From the IMG/VR virus record IMGVR_UViG_3300042731_002679, positions 4,304 to 68,303 of that record: DNA of 64,000 nucleotides. The stretch is one strand, 5' to 3'. Below, piece by piece: positions 35,231 through 45,332 of this stretch; within the stretch, counting starts at the first letter, position 1, and every line of letters begins with the position of its first letter. This DNA comes from a virus. Made by a program: the position numbers and the translations under genes. The notes under the pieces are model-generated. The model was not told the origin of the DNA, did no database searches, and saw only the letters and a program-made list of their open reading frames with translations.

Positions 35231-37442
35231 GACACTCGACGACTACCTCGCCCGCTACGGCGGTCTCATCGCCGCCAAGACGGCCGAGGCGTTCGTGCCA
35301 CTCCACGTCCCCAGCCGGGACAAACCCTGGCACGTCGAACTGGAACGTGCCCCCTTCGGCGCCCAAGCCCACGCCATGACGGCCATCGCCAAGGCGTGGG
35401 ACAAGCGGAAAAGCATCATGCTGATCGCCGAGATGGGGACCGGCAAGACGCTCATGGGAATTGCCGCCGCCCACATGCACGCTCGGGGCAAGCCCTACCG
35501 GGCCATCGTCATGGCACCGGATCACCTGCCCAAGAAGTGGTGCCGGGAAATCCAAGAGACGATTCCCGGGGCGACGACCAGGATCATCAAGACCTGGAAG
35601 GATGTCGTCCGCATGACAACCGACCCGCCCACCGGGTCCGAGTGGGTTGTGATCGGCCGCAACAAGGCCAAGCTGGGGGCCAAGTGGAAGGCCGCCTACT
35701 GGAAGGCCAAGGCGTGCTTCAAGTGGGAAGGAACCCGCTACCAGCCCGAGACTCTGCGTTGCCCGTCCTGCGGTGCCCCGCTCATCAAGAAGATCGAGGA
35801 AGATGGACGGACATCGTTTTGGGAAGTCGCCGAACTGGACAAGACCAAGCGGGCTTGCCGGGACTGCGGCGGCGCCCTCTGGCAGTACCACGGCGAACTG
35901 CGGCGCTGGGCTCCGGCGCAGTACATCCACAAGCACCGGAAGAACTACTTCGACTACTTCGTGCTTGATGAGTGCCACGAGGAGAAGGGGGAGAACACTG
36001 CCCAGGGCCTTGCCGCCGGAAGCCTGGCCGCTGCCTGCAAGCGGGTGATCGCCCTGACCGGGACGCTCATCGGAGGGTACGCCCACCACATCCGGCCCCT
36101 GCTGTTCCGCCTCGCCCCGCACTCCCTGGTCGAAGAAGGACTGGGATGGAAGGACTCGACGGAGTTTAATCGGCGCTATGGCCGCCTGGACACGATCATC
36201 ACCCAGAAGGACGGTACCGTGGTAAGCAACCGGCAGTCCCGTGGGTCCAAACGGAACAAGGACGAGAAGGTACGGCCCGGGGTGATGCCCACGCTCTACG
36301 GCCGACACCTGATCGACAACACCGTGTTCCTGTCGCTGTCCGAGGTGGCCGCCGGTCTGCCGGGGCTGCACGAGGACGCCATCGCCGTGCCCTTGCCGCC
36401 CGACCTGGAAGGGGCCTACAAGGTGGTCGAGGACGATCTCAAGGAAGAGGTCAAGCGGATGATGCGGAAGCGAAACACCCGCCTGCTGGGGACGATGCTG
36501 CAAACCCTGCTGGCTTACCCAGATTACCCATACGACTGGAAGGAGATCGGCTACTACGACAAGGACGAGGACTCGGGCACGATGCGGTGGGTCGGCGTGA
36601 CCACGCCCCTGAACTTCCCCAAGTCCCGAAGCTACGATCCGAAGGAAATGAAGCTGCTGGAAATGGTGAAGGAAGCCAAGGCCAACGGGCATCAAACCTG
36701 GGTGTACGTCCAGTTCACCGACAAGCGGCCCGTGCCCGACCGGCTGCTGGCGATGTTCGAGAAGCACGGCATCAAGGCGAAGTGGCTCAAGTCGTCCGTC
36801 CAGTTGGCCAAGCGGGAGGACTGGATCACCGAACACGGCAAGGACGTGGACGTGGTGATCTCCCACCCGAAGCTGGTGGAGACCGGGCTGGACCTGTTCG
36901 ACAAGGGAGGCGGCCACAACTTCTCCACGCTGATCTTCTACGAGACCGGCTACGCCCTGTTCACCCTCCGGCAGGCGGCACGCCGGGCATGGAGAATCGG
37001 GCAGCGGCGCAACTGCAAGACCTACTACCTCTACTACCAGAACACCATGCAGGAACGGGCGATGGAACTGATGGGCAAGAAGCTCACCGCCTCGCTCGCC
37101 CTGGAAGGACAGTTCTCCGAGGAAGGGCTGGCCGCCATGACCGAAGACTCCGGCTCGGTGGAAATGGAATTGGCCAAGTCGCTGTCGAACAACCTGGAGT
37201 TCGGAGAGACCCAGCGGGTGTGGGAGAAGGCGGGCCAGGCAGCCAGGAGAAGCAACGTCACCCCGCAGTCTCTACGCAAGGCCAGGGAAAGGCTGCGCAA
37301 ACGAAGAAAGTCGTTGACACAAGCCAACGGCAATGGACAATTACCACCACCTGCACCACCGGGGGACGACGAGGAACTCTCTGCCGCCGATCGCCTTCGC
37401 CGCCGACTGAAGCGCCGCAAAGTCAACTGCTTCGCTTCCTAA
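35220..37442 (+). CDS. superfamily 2 (SNF2-like) helicase with Zn-ribbon insert
   Basis: EMGTGKT, DECH, LTGT, TGLDL, QAARRAWRIGQ; CPSCG...CRDCG insert. Confidence 0.9.
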   Translation: MQAKTLDDYLARYGGLIAAKTAEAFVPLHVPSRDKPWHVELERAPFGAQAHAMTAIAKAWDKRKSIMLIAEMGTGKTLMGIAAAHMHARGKPYRAIVMAPDHLPKKWCREIQETIPGATTRIIKTWKDVVRMTTDPPTGSEWVVIGRNKAKLGAKWKAAYWKAKACFKWEGTRYQPETLRCPSCGAPLIKKIEEDGRTSFWEVAELDKTKRACRDCGGALWQYHGELRRWAPAQYIHKHRKNYFDYFVLDECHEEKGENTAQGLAAGSLAAACKRVIALTGTLIGGYAHHIRPLLFRLAPHSLVEEGLGWKDSTEFNRRYGRLDTIITQKDGTVVSNRQSRGSKRNKDEKVRPGVMPTLYGRHLIDNTVFLSLSEVAAGLPGLHEDAIAVPLPPDLEGAYKVVEDDLKEEVKRMMRKRNTRLLGTMLQTLLAYPDYPYDWKEIGYYDKDEDSGTMRWVGVTTPLNFPKSRSYDPKEMKLLEMVKEAKANGHQTWVYVQFTDKRPVPDRLLAMFEKHGIKAKWLKSSVQLAKREDWITEHGKDVDVVISHPKLVETGLDLFDKGGGHNFSTLIFYETGYALFTLRQAARRAWRIGQRRNCKTYYLYYQNTMQERAMELMGKKLTASLALEGQFSEEGLAAMTEDSGSVEMELAKSLSNNLEFGETQRVWEKAGQAARRSNVTPQSLRKARERLRKRRKSLTQANGNGQLPPPAPPGDDEELSAADRLRRRLKRRKVNCFAS
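37314..37341 (+). promoter_or_regulatory. possible promoter for the recombinase unit
   Basis: TTGACA-N16-GACAAT inside the helicase low-complexity tail. Confidence 0.45.
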
Positions 37443-37461
37443 CACACGGAGGACCAGGACC

Positions 37462-37719
37462 ATGCCATACGCAAGCGTCGACCCGGAAATACTCACCCCG
37501 AACCAGACCGTGTACTTCGACCCAGCCTGCCCCCACCGTGAATGGAGAAAGCAACGGCTGTGGCTCGTGGAGGACTACAAGGCGAAGAACATCGTCAAAC
37601 TCTACATCGAACGGATCAACCTGCCCTACGTTCTCGGGCTCCGCAAGCGGCTTCGCAAGTTCGTGACCGTCGTTGTGGACACCCGAGTCTGCCAACTCTT
37701 GCAAAAGGAGGATGAGTAG
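37462..37719 (+). CDS. hypothetical protein
   Basis: GGAGG/AGGA SD. Confidence 0.6.
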   Translation: MPYASVDPEILTPNQTVYFDPACPHREWRKQRLWLVEDYKAKNIVKLYIERINLPYVLGLRKRLRKFVTVVVDTRVCQLLQKEDE

Positions 37720-38592
37720 ATGCCCCAAATCTACGGCTACGCACGAGCAAGCACGAAGAAGCAAGAGGACTCGCCGACCGTGCAGGCCGACAAGATCGTG
37801 GCCAGGGCCACGCAACTGATCGAGGACGACCCCACGCTGTCGCCCCTGGACCCCGAAGAACACATCGCCTCCGAACACAAGTCGGCCGACCGAATCTCAT
37901 GGGAAGACCGACCGGCCTTTCAGTCGCTCATGCGGACGATCGAAGAAGGAGACGTGCTGATCGTCACCCACTACGATCGCCTCGACCGCAACCCGCTACG
38001 GTTCATCGCCTGCCTTGCCGAGCTACAAAGGAAGAAGATCAGGCTGATCCTGCTGAACTGCGACTTTATGATGCTCAACAAGGAGTTCGATCTGGACGAT
38101 GCCCAGTGCGTGTTCCTCGCCTTCCAGTGGGCCTTGTTTCTGAAGATGTGGTCCGACTACAACAGGCAGCGCCTCCTCGACATGAACGTCTGGCTGAAAA
38201 AACAAGGGCGGTGCCGAGGGCGAGTGCCGTTCGGCATGGTGGCCTACAAGAAAACGGACGGCAAATACTACCTCCGCTGGGACAAGCAGCAATGCACCTA
38301 CATGCTGGAACTCTACAACCGAATCCAGTGTGGCGAGACGTTCATTGAAATCGGACACGACTGGCACCAACGCGGGCTCACTCGCCAGCGAGTTCCCGGG
38401 GGTGAACCGGAGCCCTGGGTGGCACGCAACTCCCGCTGCGACCGGAACAACCCGAAGTGGCAGCCCCACGCCCACCGGATAAAGGACGCCTACAAGCGAG
38501 CCGCCAAGATGATCGAAGAAGAGGGCATGGTCGGCTGCGTGCCCTACGATCCTACCGTGGGAGTTGAGTACGCATGTTCTGCAACTCCTTGA
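37720..38592 (+). CDS. serine recombinase (resolvase/integrase family)
   Basis: YGYARAST catalytic Ser, DRP.F, GDVLIV..YDRL.R, G..PFG. Confidence 0.9.
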   Translation: MPQIYGYARASTKKQEDSPTVQADKIVARATQLIEDDPTLSPLDPEEHIASEHKSADRISWEDRPAFQSLMRTIEEGDVLIVTHYDRLDRNPLRFIACLAELQRKKIRLILLNCDFMMLNKEFDLDDAQCVFLAFQWALFLKMWSDYNRQRLLDMNVWLKKQGRCRGRVPFGMVAYKKTDGKYYLRWDKQQCTYMLELYNRIQCGETFIEIGHDWHQRGLTRQRVPGGEPEPWVARNSRCDRNNPKWQPHAHRIKDAYKRAAKMIEEEGMVGCVPYDPTVGVEYACSATP

Positions 38593-41500
38593 TTCGCTGC
38601 AATCGCTGCAACGTGCTGGGCATCGCGTCGGCCCGCAGGTGCTTCGGAACGTACATCTGCTCGTACTGCCGCACCGTCTCGTCCTGTTCCAGTTCCGCTT
38701 CCTGGGCGTTGATCGCGTCGATCAGTCTCCACTTGGCCGGGTTGTAGGTCGAGAACCGCAACCCGGTCAAGATTTTGACCGCCCGCAAGGCCGGGTGCGT
38801 GTCCTTGTCGACGTACTTGCCGACTTCCCCGATCGCGCGGGACCACGGGCCGACGCCCTCCAGCCGCCGCAAGACGGCCGGCATCTGCGACCCGGTGAGT
38901 TCCTTGTAGTACGGGGCCAGCCGGCTGCGAAGGTGCTTGAGTTCACGGCCGCTGTACGCCTGCCGACCGGACGGGAACTCGTAAAGCAACGCCGTGGCCA
39001 ACGGGTTGAAGTTGCTGATGAAACTCTCGCCCGTCCTGCGAGCCGTCTCCGTCAGGCTGCCACGCAGCTTGAGCATGTTGAGGTCTTCGGTCGGCAGCCC
39101 GAGCGACGTGAGGTAGGACATCGCACGGTTGTTGCCGAGCACCGGGAACCCGCCACGCTCTCGCAGAAACGCCGGCGTCCACCCGGAGCGGTTGCCCTCC
39201 CGCTGCGGGTAGGTGGTCGCCAGGATCGCCTGTCCCTTGGGGCCGAACGGACGCTCGAACACCTTGCGCAACGTGTGCGGTACGCTCTTGCGGAGCCACG
39301 AGTAGAACAGCAAGCCACGCCGGCCAACCAACTTCTCGGCCTTGGCCAAGTCCCGGTAGTTGAAGTGCGTCTTGTTGACGATCTGAGACGCATGCCCCAC
39401 CGAATAGCCCGCCTTGCGCAGGCCCTCGAAGTAGCCCGCCCGCAGAATGAACTCGGTTACGTTGTTCAGGTTCTCGCCCCACTCGGCCGTCCACGACAAC
39501 GGAACCTTCTCGCCCGGCTTGACCTTGGTGGGATGCTTGTACCAGCCACGCACGGCAAACGGGTTCCACGCCTTGCCCTCGGTGGCTGCTCGCTTGAAAG
39601 GGCCGCCCATCAGCTTGCCGAGGCTCCCCTTCGTCGGCAGCCGGAAGGCATGCTCGGCCCCCTCCTCGCCAACCACCTCGGCGATCCTTCCCAGCCCGGC
39701 CAACGCGCCGCTGTCGATCGCCTCTTGCAGGTGGTCGAGGTCGCCCTTCCCGCGAAGGAACTGGATGGCCTTGAGCTTGGCCTTCCTGATTTCGCGGAAC
39801 CCCAGGTGGGCGTCGGTCAACTCCTGGAAGATGCCCGAGGCCATGTTTCGTGTCTGGAACGAGACGCTCAGTGGGCCGAAGCCGGTTGTCAGCCACCCGC
39901 GGTAGAGTGCGTTCAGCTTGTCGACCATCTCGGTCAGTTCCGACATTTTCCCGGGCTTGATGACCTCGGTGTACGCCCGCATCGCCTTGGCCACGTTCTG
40001 CGGGACGTACAGCGTGTGGGCCTGATTCAGGGGAATGCCCAAGTCCTCCATGAACTTGTTCAGCCCGTGCTGAGTCAGCCCGGCGCCGGGGACGAAATCG
40101 CCCGTCTCCCGGGCAGCCTCCAGGGCCTTGCGGCTCTGCGGCAACCAGGCAGCAGCCAGGGGAACGCCGTCCGTGATCTCGTTGGCCGTGCCCAGGTTGC
40201 CGCGGTAGCGAAGCAACTCGTGCATGGACCGGACGGTCGCCAGCTTGTCGATCTTGGCCGCCGTGTTCTGCCCCCACACCCGATGCCACTCCGGGTCGAA
40301 CAACCCGTCCGGGTACTTCTCGGGATCGATCTTGGCAATCGACTCTCGCAGCCAGTCGATTCGCGACTGCGTGCGTCCAACTACTTTCTCGGCGCCTTCT
40401 TCGGCGGTCTCCTTGACGAACTGGAGGGTCGCCGACTCTCGCCAATACTTTTCCAAATCATCCAGCCCCAACTCCCGAGACCCGGGAATCAACCGCCCTG
40501 CCTGGTCGAAGTCGCCCAGGATGGGGCCGCTGGTGTCCATCGCATCCCGGTAGCCTGGCAGGACGTAGCGTTGCAGCAGGTACTCGCTGTCGAGTGCCTC
40601 GCCCTTGAGCGGCTCCCTCGTGACCGGGTGCAGCAGCCCCTTCCTGCCCCGCTCCGTCGCATTGATCGGAAGATCGGCGTTCTCCCGCAACCACTGGTAC
40701 ATCTGGGCACGGTTGGCCCCCAGTTCCTTGCCCTGCCGCAACGCTTGTCCCATCAGGTGCGGGTCGCGCGACGCCTGTTGCAAGCCCACGTCCCCGCCGG
40801 GGAAGTGGCGGTAGACGTTGTCGCGAACCGCCGTGGCGTCCTTCAACTTCCCGAGGTGCTCCGCTCCGTACCGGGGGGAGTATTCCTGCATCAGGTCCCA
40901 CAGGTACTCGGTGGGAATCCCGGCGTCGTGAAGCTGCTTTTGCAGGTAGTCATTGACCCGCTTCGTACCGACGACGTAGTCGCCCAGCGCCTTCCGCATC
41001 GGCTCCAGGGACGCCGGCCTGATGTTCTCGGGGATGGCGTTGCCCAGGCGGGTGAGGATTTCGTTCTCCACGTCCGTCATGCGGGCGGCGTCCATCAGTT
41101 CGCCGTACTCGGGCCACAGTCCCTTGATCGTCTGAACGTCGTGCAGCGTCTCGGCAAAGGCCCGCTGCATGTGGGGGAGCTTGTCGCTGTCGCCAAGCTG
41201 CGACTTCATCACGTCCGTAAAGGCGTCCATCGCCTGACGGTAGTTCTTCGACGCCACGGCGGCCATGTTGTGACCAGCGGCCGAGAGGTGTTGGAAGTTG
41301 GCGTAGCGAAGATCAGCGAGCCTGTGGTACTGACCGTTTAGAATGCCGGCCCGTTTTCCGCCGGCGGAAGACGAAACGAGGGACCGCAAACCGATGATGG
41401 GTCGTGACATCATCTTCCAAAGCAGACTGTTTTCGCTGCTGTAGAAGAACTTGTCGACGGTGTCGGCGATCGCGTTGGCTACCTTGCTGTCCTTGGCGGC

Positions 41501-42289
41501 GTTGCCAGGCGTCCATCCGATCCACTGCTCCGTGCTGAATGGTTTGCGCATCCCGAGCAGGCCCCGTTCACCGCTACGGATGCCTTCGGTCCACGTCCCG
41601 GGAACGTCGGTGAGAATCTCCTTGGGCTTAGCCCCCTTGGTGAATGCCGCGATCGCCTGGGACGTTGCTTCGGCAACGTCGTCCGCTTGCTTGATCGCCG
41701 CCCGGGTGCCGATCTTCGACCCCTTGGCCACCGTACCCAGCGGACCCGTGATGTACGACGCCGGCAGCGATGTGGCGATCTCCGTGGCCAAGCCGCCCCA
41801 GAAGTTTCCCCAGGTATCTTCCTCGCCGGCCCAGCCCAGCGCCCGGTTCAGAGCACGCCCGGAGGTCCGGTTGCCGGCATCCCGCCACCACGCCGTCCCG
41901 AACTGGTCGATCGGGTTGTACTGATCCCAGTCGCCGGTCGCCACCCCGCCGATCACGTCACGAACGGCCGAGAACGGAAGATCGAGCGTGTTGCCCAGCG
42001 CCGCAACGCCGCCGAGAACCGTCCCAAGTACGCTGCGCTCCTCTTTACGGGAAATAGGGCGGGGGAGGCTGCGGTCTGGTTGCTGTCTCGGCGGGCGTTG
42101 TAGCGCCGGTAGCCCCAGTCCTGCGACCGGGGGCGGCATCGGAGGAACCGGCGGCGCTGGTGCCATCGGAACGGGCATCGTGGGAAGCATGCCGGGAAGA
42201 GTCTGCATGCCGACCGGGACCGGGCTCGACGTAACCGGGGGCGGCACGAAGCGGCGTTGCCACGGCGGGTTGTAGGCGAAGGGTGGCAT
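38552..42289 (-). CDS. large internal virion / ejection-like protein
   Basis: 1245 aa, helical; C-terminal ..FYSW.R.. and Y(S)GR features seen in podovirus-type ejection proteins; last gene of the late operon. Confidence 0.6.
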   Translation of the reverse strand: MPPFAYNPPWQRRFVPPPVTSSPVPVGMQTLPGMLPTMPVPMAPAPPVPPMPPPVAGLGLPALQRPPRQQPDRSLPRPISRKEERSVLGTVLGGVAALGNTLDLPFSAVRDVIGGVATGDWDQYNPIDQFGTAWWRDAGNRTSGRALNRALGWAGEEDTWGNFWGGLATEIATSLPASYITGPLGTVAKGSKIGTRAAIKQADDVAEATSQAIAAFTKGAKPKEILTDVPGTWTEGIRSGERGLLGMRKPFSTEQWIGWTPGNAAKDSKVANAIADTVDKFFYSSENSLLWKMMSRPIIGLRSLVSSSAGGKRAGILNGQYHRLADLRYANFQHLSAAGHNMAAVASKNYRQAMDAFTDVMKSQLGDSDKLPHMQRAFAETLHDVQTIKGLWPEYGELMDAARMTDVENEILTRLGNAIPENIRPASLEPMRKALGDYVVGTKRVNDYLQKQLHDAGIPTEYLWDLMQEYSPRYGAEHLGKLKDATAVRDNVYRHFPGGDVGLQQASRDPHLMGQALRQGKELGANRAQMYQWLRENADLPINATERGRKGLLHPVTREPLKGEALDSEYLLQRYVLPGYRDAMDTSGPILGDFDQAGRLIPGSRELGLDDLEKYWRESATLQFVKETAEEGAEKVVGRTQSRIDWLRESIAKIDPEKYPDGLFDPEWHRVWGQNTAAKIDKLATVRSMHELLRYRGNLGTANEITDGVPLAAAWLPQSRKALEAARETGDFVPGAGLTQHGLNKFMEDLGIPLNQAHTLYVPQNVAKAMRAYTEVIKPGKMSELTEMVDKLNALYRGWLTTGFGPLSVSFQTRNMASGIFQELTDAHLGFREIRKAKLKAIQFLRGKGDLDHLQEAIDSGALAGLGRIAEVVGEEGAEHAFRLPTKGSLGKLMGGPFKRAATEGKAWNPFAVRGWYKHPTKVKPGEKVPLSWTAEWGENLNNVTEFILRAGYFEGLRKAGYSVGHASQIVNKTHFNYRDLAKAEKLVGRRGLLFYSWLRKSVPHTLRKVFERPFGPKGQAILATTYPQREGNRSGWTPAFLRERGGFPVLGNNRAMSYLTSLGLPTEDLNMLKLRGSLTETARRTGESFISNFNPLATALLYEFPSGRQAYSGRELKHLRSRLAPYYKELTGSQMPAVLRRLEGVGPWSRAIGEVGKYVDKDTHPALRAVKILTGLRFSTYNPAKWRLIDAINAQEAELEQDETVRQYEQMYVPKHLRADAMPSTLQRLQRIKELQNMRTQLPR

Positions 42290-42301
42290 GGCGCTATTGG
42301 G

Positions 42302-44338
42302 TTAGGCCCCTTGGAAAGAACCCATCGAAGGAATGAACCTGTTTCGGGGGACCGTAAACCCTGGCTGCGGGACGGTGATGGGAAGCAGGCCAGCCGCGGC
42401 CGGTGCAACATTGGGCTGAATCAATGGCTTGGGCTTGATGGATTTCTTCTCGGCCTTGTTCTTCGGCGCTGGCTTTGTTGCGTTTTCCCCACCGGCCGGC
42501 GACATCCCCATCAAGCCCATCCACTCGTTTAGCCCCATCATCGGCTCGCGTTCTTCCGGCGGGATGCCCTGCATGGACGCTTGCCAGCCGGTGACGTAGT
42601 TGCCGTAGGACTCCATTGCGGACTGCCGCATCTGGGCATCGTAGTAGGTCTGGATTGTGTCAGGATGCTGGTTTGCCGGAAGTCCCACGCCGACCCACTC
42701 ACCGATCGTCGGGGTCTTCTTGTTTCGGACGGCAATGTCGAACGCCGCCCGTGTCGGGTCGGGCGTGATCCCGTTGGCCCGCTGCCTGACCATTTCGGCC
42801 CGAATCTTGGGGTCCTTGATGGCCGTGCGATCCCGCATGGCAGCTACGTCTTCGCGATGTTGCAGCAGTCGCTCAAGCCTCGTCGGGTCAGGATCACTCC
42901 GAGCCCGGTCAACTGCGGCCTCCCACGACGACATCGGGGAGCCAAGGCCAACCTTAGCCCGTTCTGCATCAATCGCCTCTCGCTTGGCGCGGGCCTCTTC
43001 CATCGCTCTCGTGGACTTCTCTGCCTGGGCGTCGAGGTCCCTGGCCAGCTTCGCCTTCTTCCTTGCGGAGAGCTTCTCTTTCTTCGCCCTCGTCTGGGCA
43101 ATCGCCGCCTCGCCCATGCGGGGATCGCGGGCAAGCTGCCGCTGAAACGCCGGCGTGCTAATGTAGCCATCGTCCATGCCGGCCTGCCACATGCCAAGAC
43201 GTTCTTCGGTGTCTCGGGGCTGGTCGGTCCAGGTGCCATCTTCCGTCTGGCGGAACCCCATTCGCTGCAACTGGGCGGCGTTGTGCTGACGCTGGTTCTG
43301 GAGCGAGGCGATGGAGTCGGCGGTTTGCGCCGCTTGCGGCGACCCCAGGTAGTCTTGGACGCCGGCAGCAATCGACGGCGCGGCCGCCTCCTGCGTCGAG
43401 GGCAAGACATCGCCCCTGGCTTCCACCTGATTGAGCGTGGCCATCTGCTGGGCGTTCCACCAGTCCTGAGTGAGCTGCTCATTCGACGGCTGCGGGTAGA
43501 ACCGCCGGTGAATTTCTTCCGGCAGCGGCGGGTCCTGGTTTCGGAAGTCGCTGTTCAGCGATGCCTGCAACCTGGCGCTGCCCTCCGGGGTCGACCAGTA
43601 ATCCGTTCCCGAAGTGTCAACCCAGTCGGGAACCGCCCCCTGCTGGATCGGCGGGTTCAGGTACGGGTCGCCTTCGACCGGGGGCTGCCACGTCTGGATC
43701 GGCCGGTACATATTGGCGATCTGATCCAGTTCGGGGGACAGCCCAGTCGCAGGGACCGGCTGGAATGCCGGGCCTGTCCCTACGCCGACATCCTGGCTGT
43801 ATTGAGTCGCCTGTGGTTGCTGCTGCAACCCGACTTGAGGCTGCTGCGGCGTCAGCCTGCCCCAAGGCCCAGCGGTGCCAGTATCAATGGCTCTTTGCCG
43901 ATACGCTTCGATTCTGGCGGCCTCATCCTCCGGTTGCAACCCGACTCGCTGCTGCTTCGCCCGGCGGCGGTAGTATTCCATCGGGTCCGGGTTGAAGGCG
44001 TCGTAAGGCATCGCTATCTCCTTTCCCATCGGGGAAATGGACTGGGCTTGACTGTTTGCTGGGGCCGCAGTGGCCCCCTTGGGTCGTGAATAGTACCGAC
44101 CATCATCCCCTTGGTATATCTCGTATCCAGCTTCACGCTCACCTTCTTCCAGCAAGTCCCATGTTTCATGCTGACGACCCTTGAGAAGAACGCCAGTTTT
44201 GGGATCGCGACTGGACCAGTGGCCCGTTTCGTCTGGACCTATGCCAGATGCTACTGCTGTCCGATAGTCGTAGCCGCTGCCCTCGGGGTCAAACGGCTCG
44301 AAGAAGCCGAACAGTTTTTTCAACATGGAGCCGGGCAT
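42302..44338 (-). CDS. Gln/Pro/Ala-rich putative ejection protein
   Basis: Low complexity; possible second start at 44011. Confidence 0.6.
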   Translation of the reverse strand: MPGSMLKKLFGFFEPFDPEGSGYDYRTAVASGIGPDETGHWSSRDPKTGVLLKGRQHETWDLLEEGEREAGYEIYQGDDGRYYSRPKGATAAPANSQAQSISPMGKEIAMPYDAFNPDPMEYYRRRAKQQRVGLQPEDEAARIEAYRQRAIDTGTAGPWGRLTPQQPQVGLQQQPQATQYSQDVGVGTGPAFQPVPATGLSPELDQIANMYRPIQTWQPPVEGDPYLNPPIQQGAVPDWVDTSGTDYWSTPEGSARLQASLNSDFRNQDPPLPEEIHRRFYPQPSNEQLTQDWWNAQQMATLNQVEARGDVLPSTQEAAAPSIAAGVQDYLGSPQAAQTADSIASLQNQRQHNAAQLQRMGFRQTEDGTWTDQPRDTEERLGMWQAGMDDGYISTPAFQRQLARDPRMGEAAIAQTRAKKEKLSARKKAKLARDLDAQAEKSTRAMEEARAKREAIDAERAKVGLGSPMSSWEAAVDRARSDPDPTRLERLLQHREDVAAMRDRTAIKDPKIRAEMVRQRANGITPDPTRAAFDIAVRNKKTPTIGEWVGVGLPANQHPDTIQTYYDAQMRQSAMESYGNYVTGWQASMQGIPPEEREPMMGLNEWMGLMGMSPAGGENATKPAPKNKAEKKSIKPKPLIQPNVAPAAAGLLPITVPQPGFTVPRNRFIPSMGSFQGA

Positions 44339-44371
44339 TAGCCTTTCCCTCTCGGGGGGTATGACCTCATT

Positions 44372-44734
44372 CTACCGCGTCGGCGGTTCCTTTTCCTCGC
44401 ACCCCTCGTTGTGACCGATCAGCCGAAGCAGCGCCAGCTTAGCCTCAGACGCCGCCAGGGACGCCGTGTCACGCACCCAGGCGTCCAGGCGGTTCAGCTT
44501 CTTCCGCCGCTTGCCGCAGCCACACGGGCGCCCTAGCCACGCTGAGACCCGTTCTTCGGTGATGCCGATTGCCGACAGGGCAGCGTGGATGTGGTCGCCG
44601 AGTAGCTTGCGGGTTTCCTTGGGTCGGTTGGGGCACCGCTTGCGGGGGGGCTTTGGTCGCTTCTTCGGGTAGACGTATCCGCACGTCGGGCACTCCCACA
44701 GTTCGTCGTCGTTCAGGTTGAATGGGCAGTCCAT
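44372..44734 (-). CDS. small Cys-motif phage protein
   Basis: CPTCG; LGD.....L..IGI......PCGC.KRR.KLN. Confidence 0.7.
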   Translation of the reverse strand: MDCPFNLNDDELWECPTCGYVYPKKRPKPPRKRCPNRPKETRKLLGDHIHAALSAIGITEERVSAWLGRPCGCGKRRKKLNRLDAWVRDTASLAASEAKLALLRLIGHNEGCEEKEPPTR

Positions 44735-45330
44735 TATGGTGTTTCGACAGTCACGGTGAAGTTGTCCATGTCGCAGCAGTACAGGGCAGGCTTGGCAAAA
44801 CTCCAGGGAACATTCTGGGCACCGCTGAAGTTACACGGTATGTCTTCCGTAAGGGCAGAGACACCTGTGTCGTACCAGCCTTCAAATAATTGCGACTCAG
44901 CATCACCTGGCCCCGCAGCCGGCCTACAACCAGAAGCTCCAACACACTGCTGAGAGGTGATGTTTACCCGCACCTGCCATGTGCCTCCTTTTGCTTCCCA
45001 TACCACCCAAATTGTAAACGTCCGCGCTACCGTGTAGCCGGTCGGACAGCACGCGGTCATTGAACCCTTGTATTCCCAGCGACACGTCCCCTGAGCATCG
45101 TAAAGGTCTTCGTCAAATTCGCAGACGAACGAATCGTTCAGTGTGTCACAGTCGGTGCAGTAGTCATTGTCGTGGGTATCGGCCCCGCTGCAAGTGACCG
45201 TGTACGTGCTAGGCGTAGCGCCCCCCGAATCACAGCCGCAGTCCGCTGTTTCGCAGCAGCAGTCCGAGTGAACCGCAACATCACCGCCCGGCGTAATCAG
45301 TGGGACACCGCCCCAAAGCTGCACCGTCAT
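44734..45330 (-). CDS. Cys-rich putative tail-tip protein
   Basis: MTVQLWGG...DCCC; abuts both neighbours. Confidence 0.6.
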   Translation of the reverse strand: MTVQLWGGVPLITPGGDVAVHSDCCCETADCGCDSGGATPSTYTVTCSGADTHDNDYCTDCDTLNDSFVCEFDEDLYDAQGTCRWEYKGSMTACCPTGYTVARTFTIWVVWEAKGGTWQVRVNITSQQCVGASGCRPAAGPGDAESQLFEGWYDTGVSALTEDIPCNFSGAQNVPWSFAKPALYCCDMDNFTVTVETP

Positions 45331-45332
45331 GG

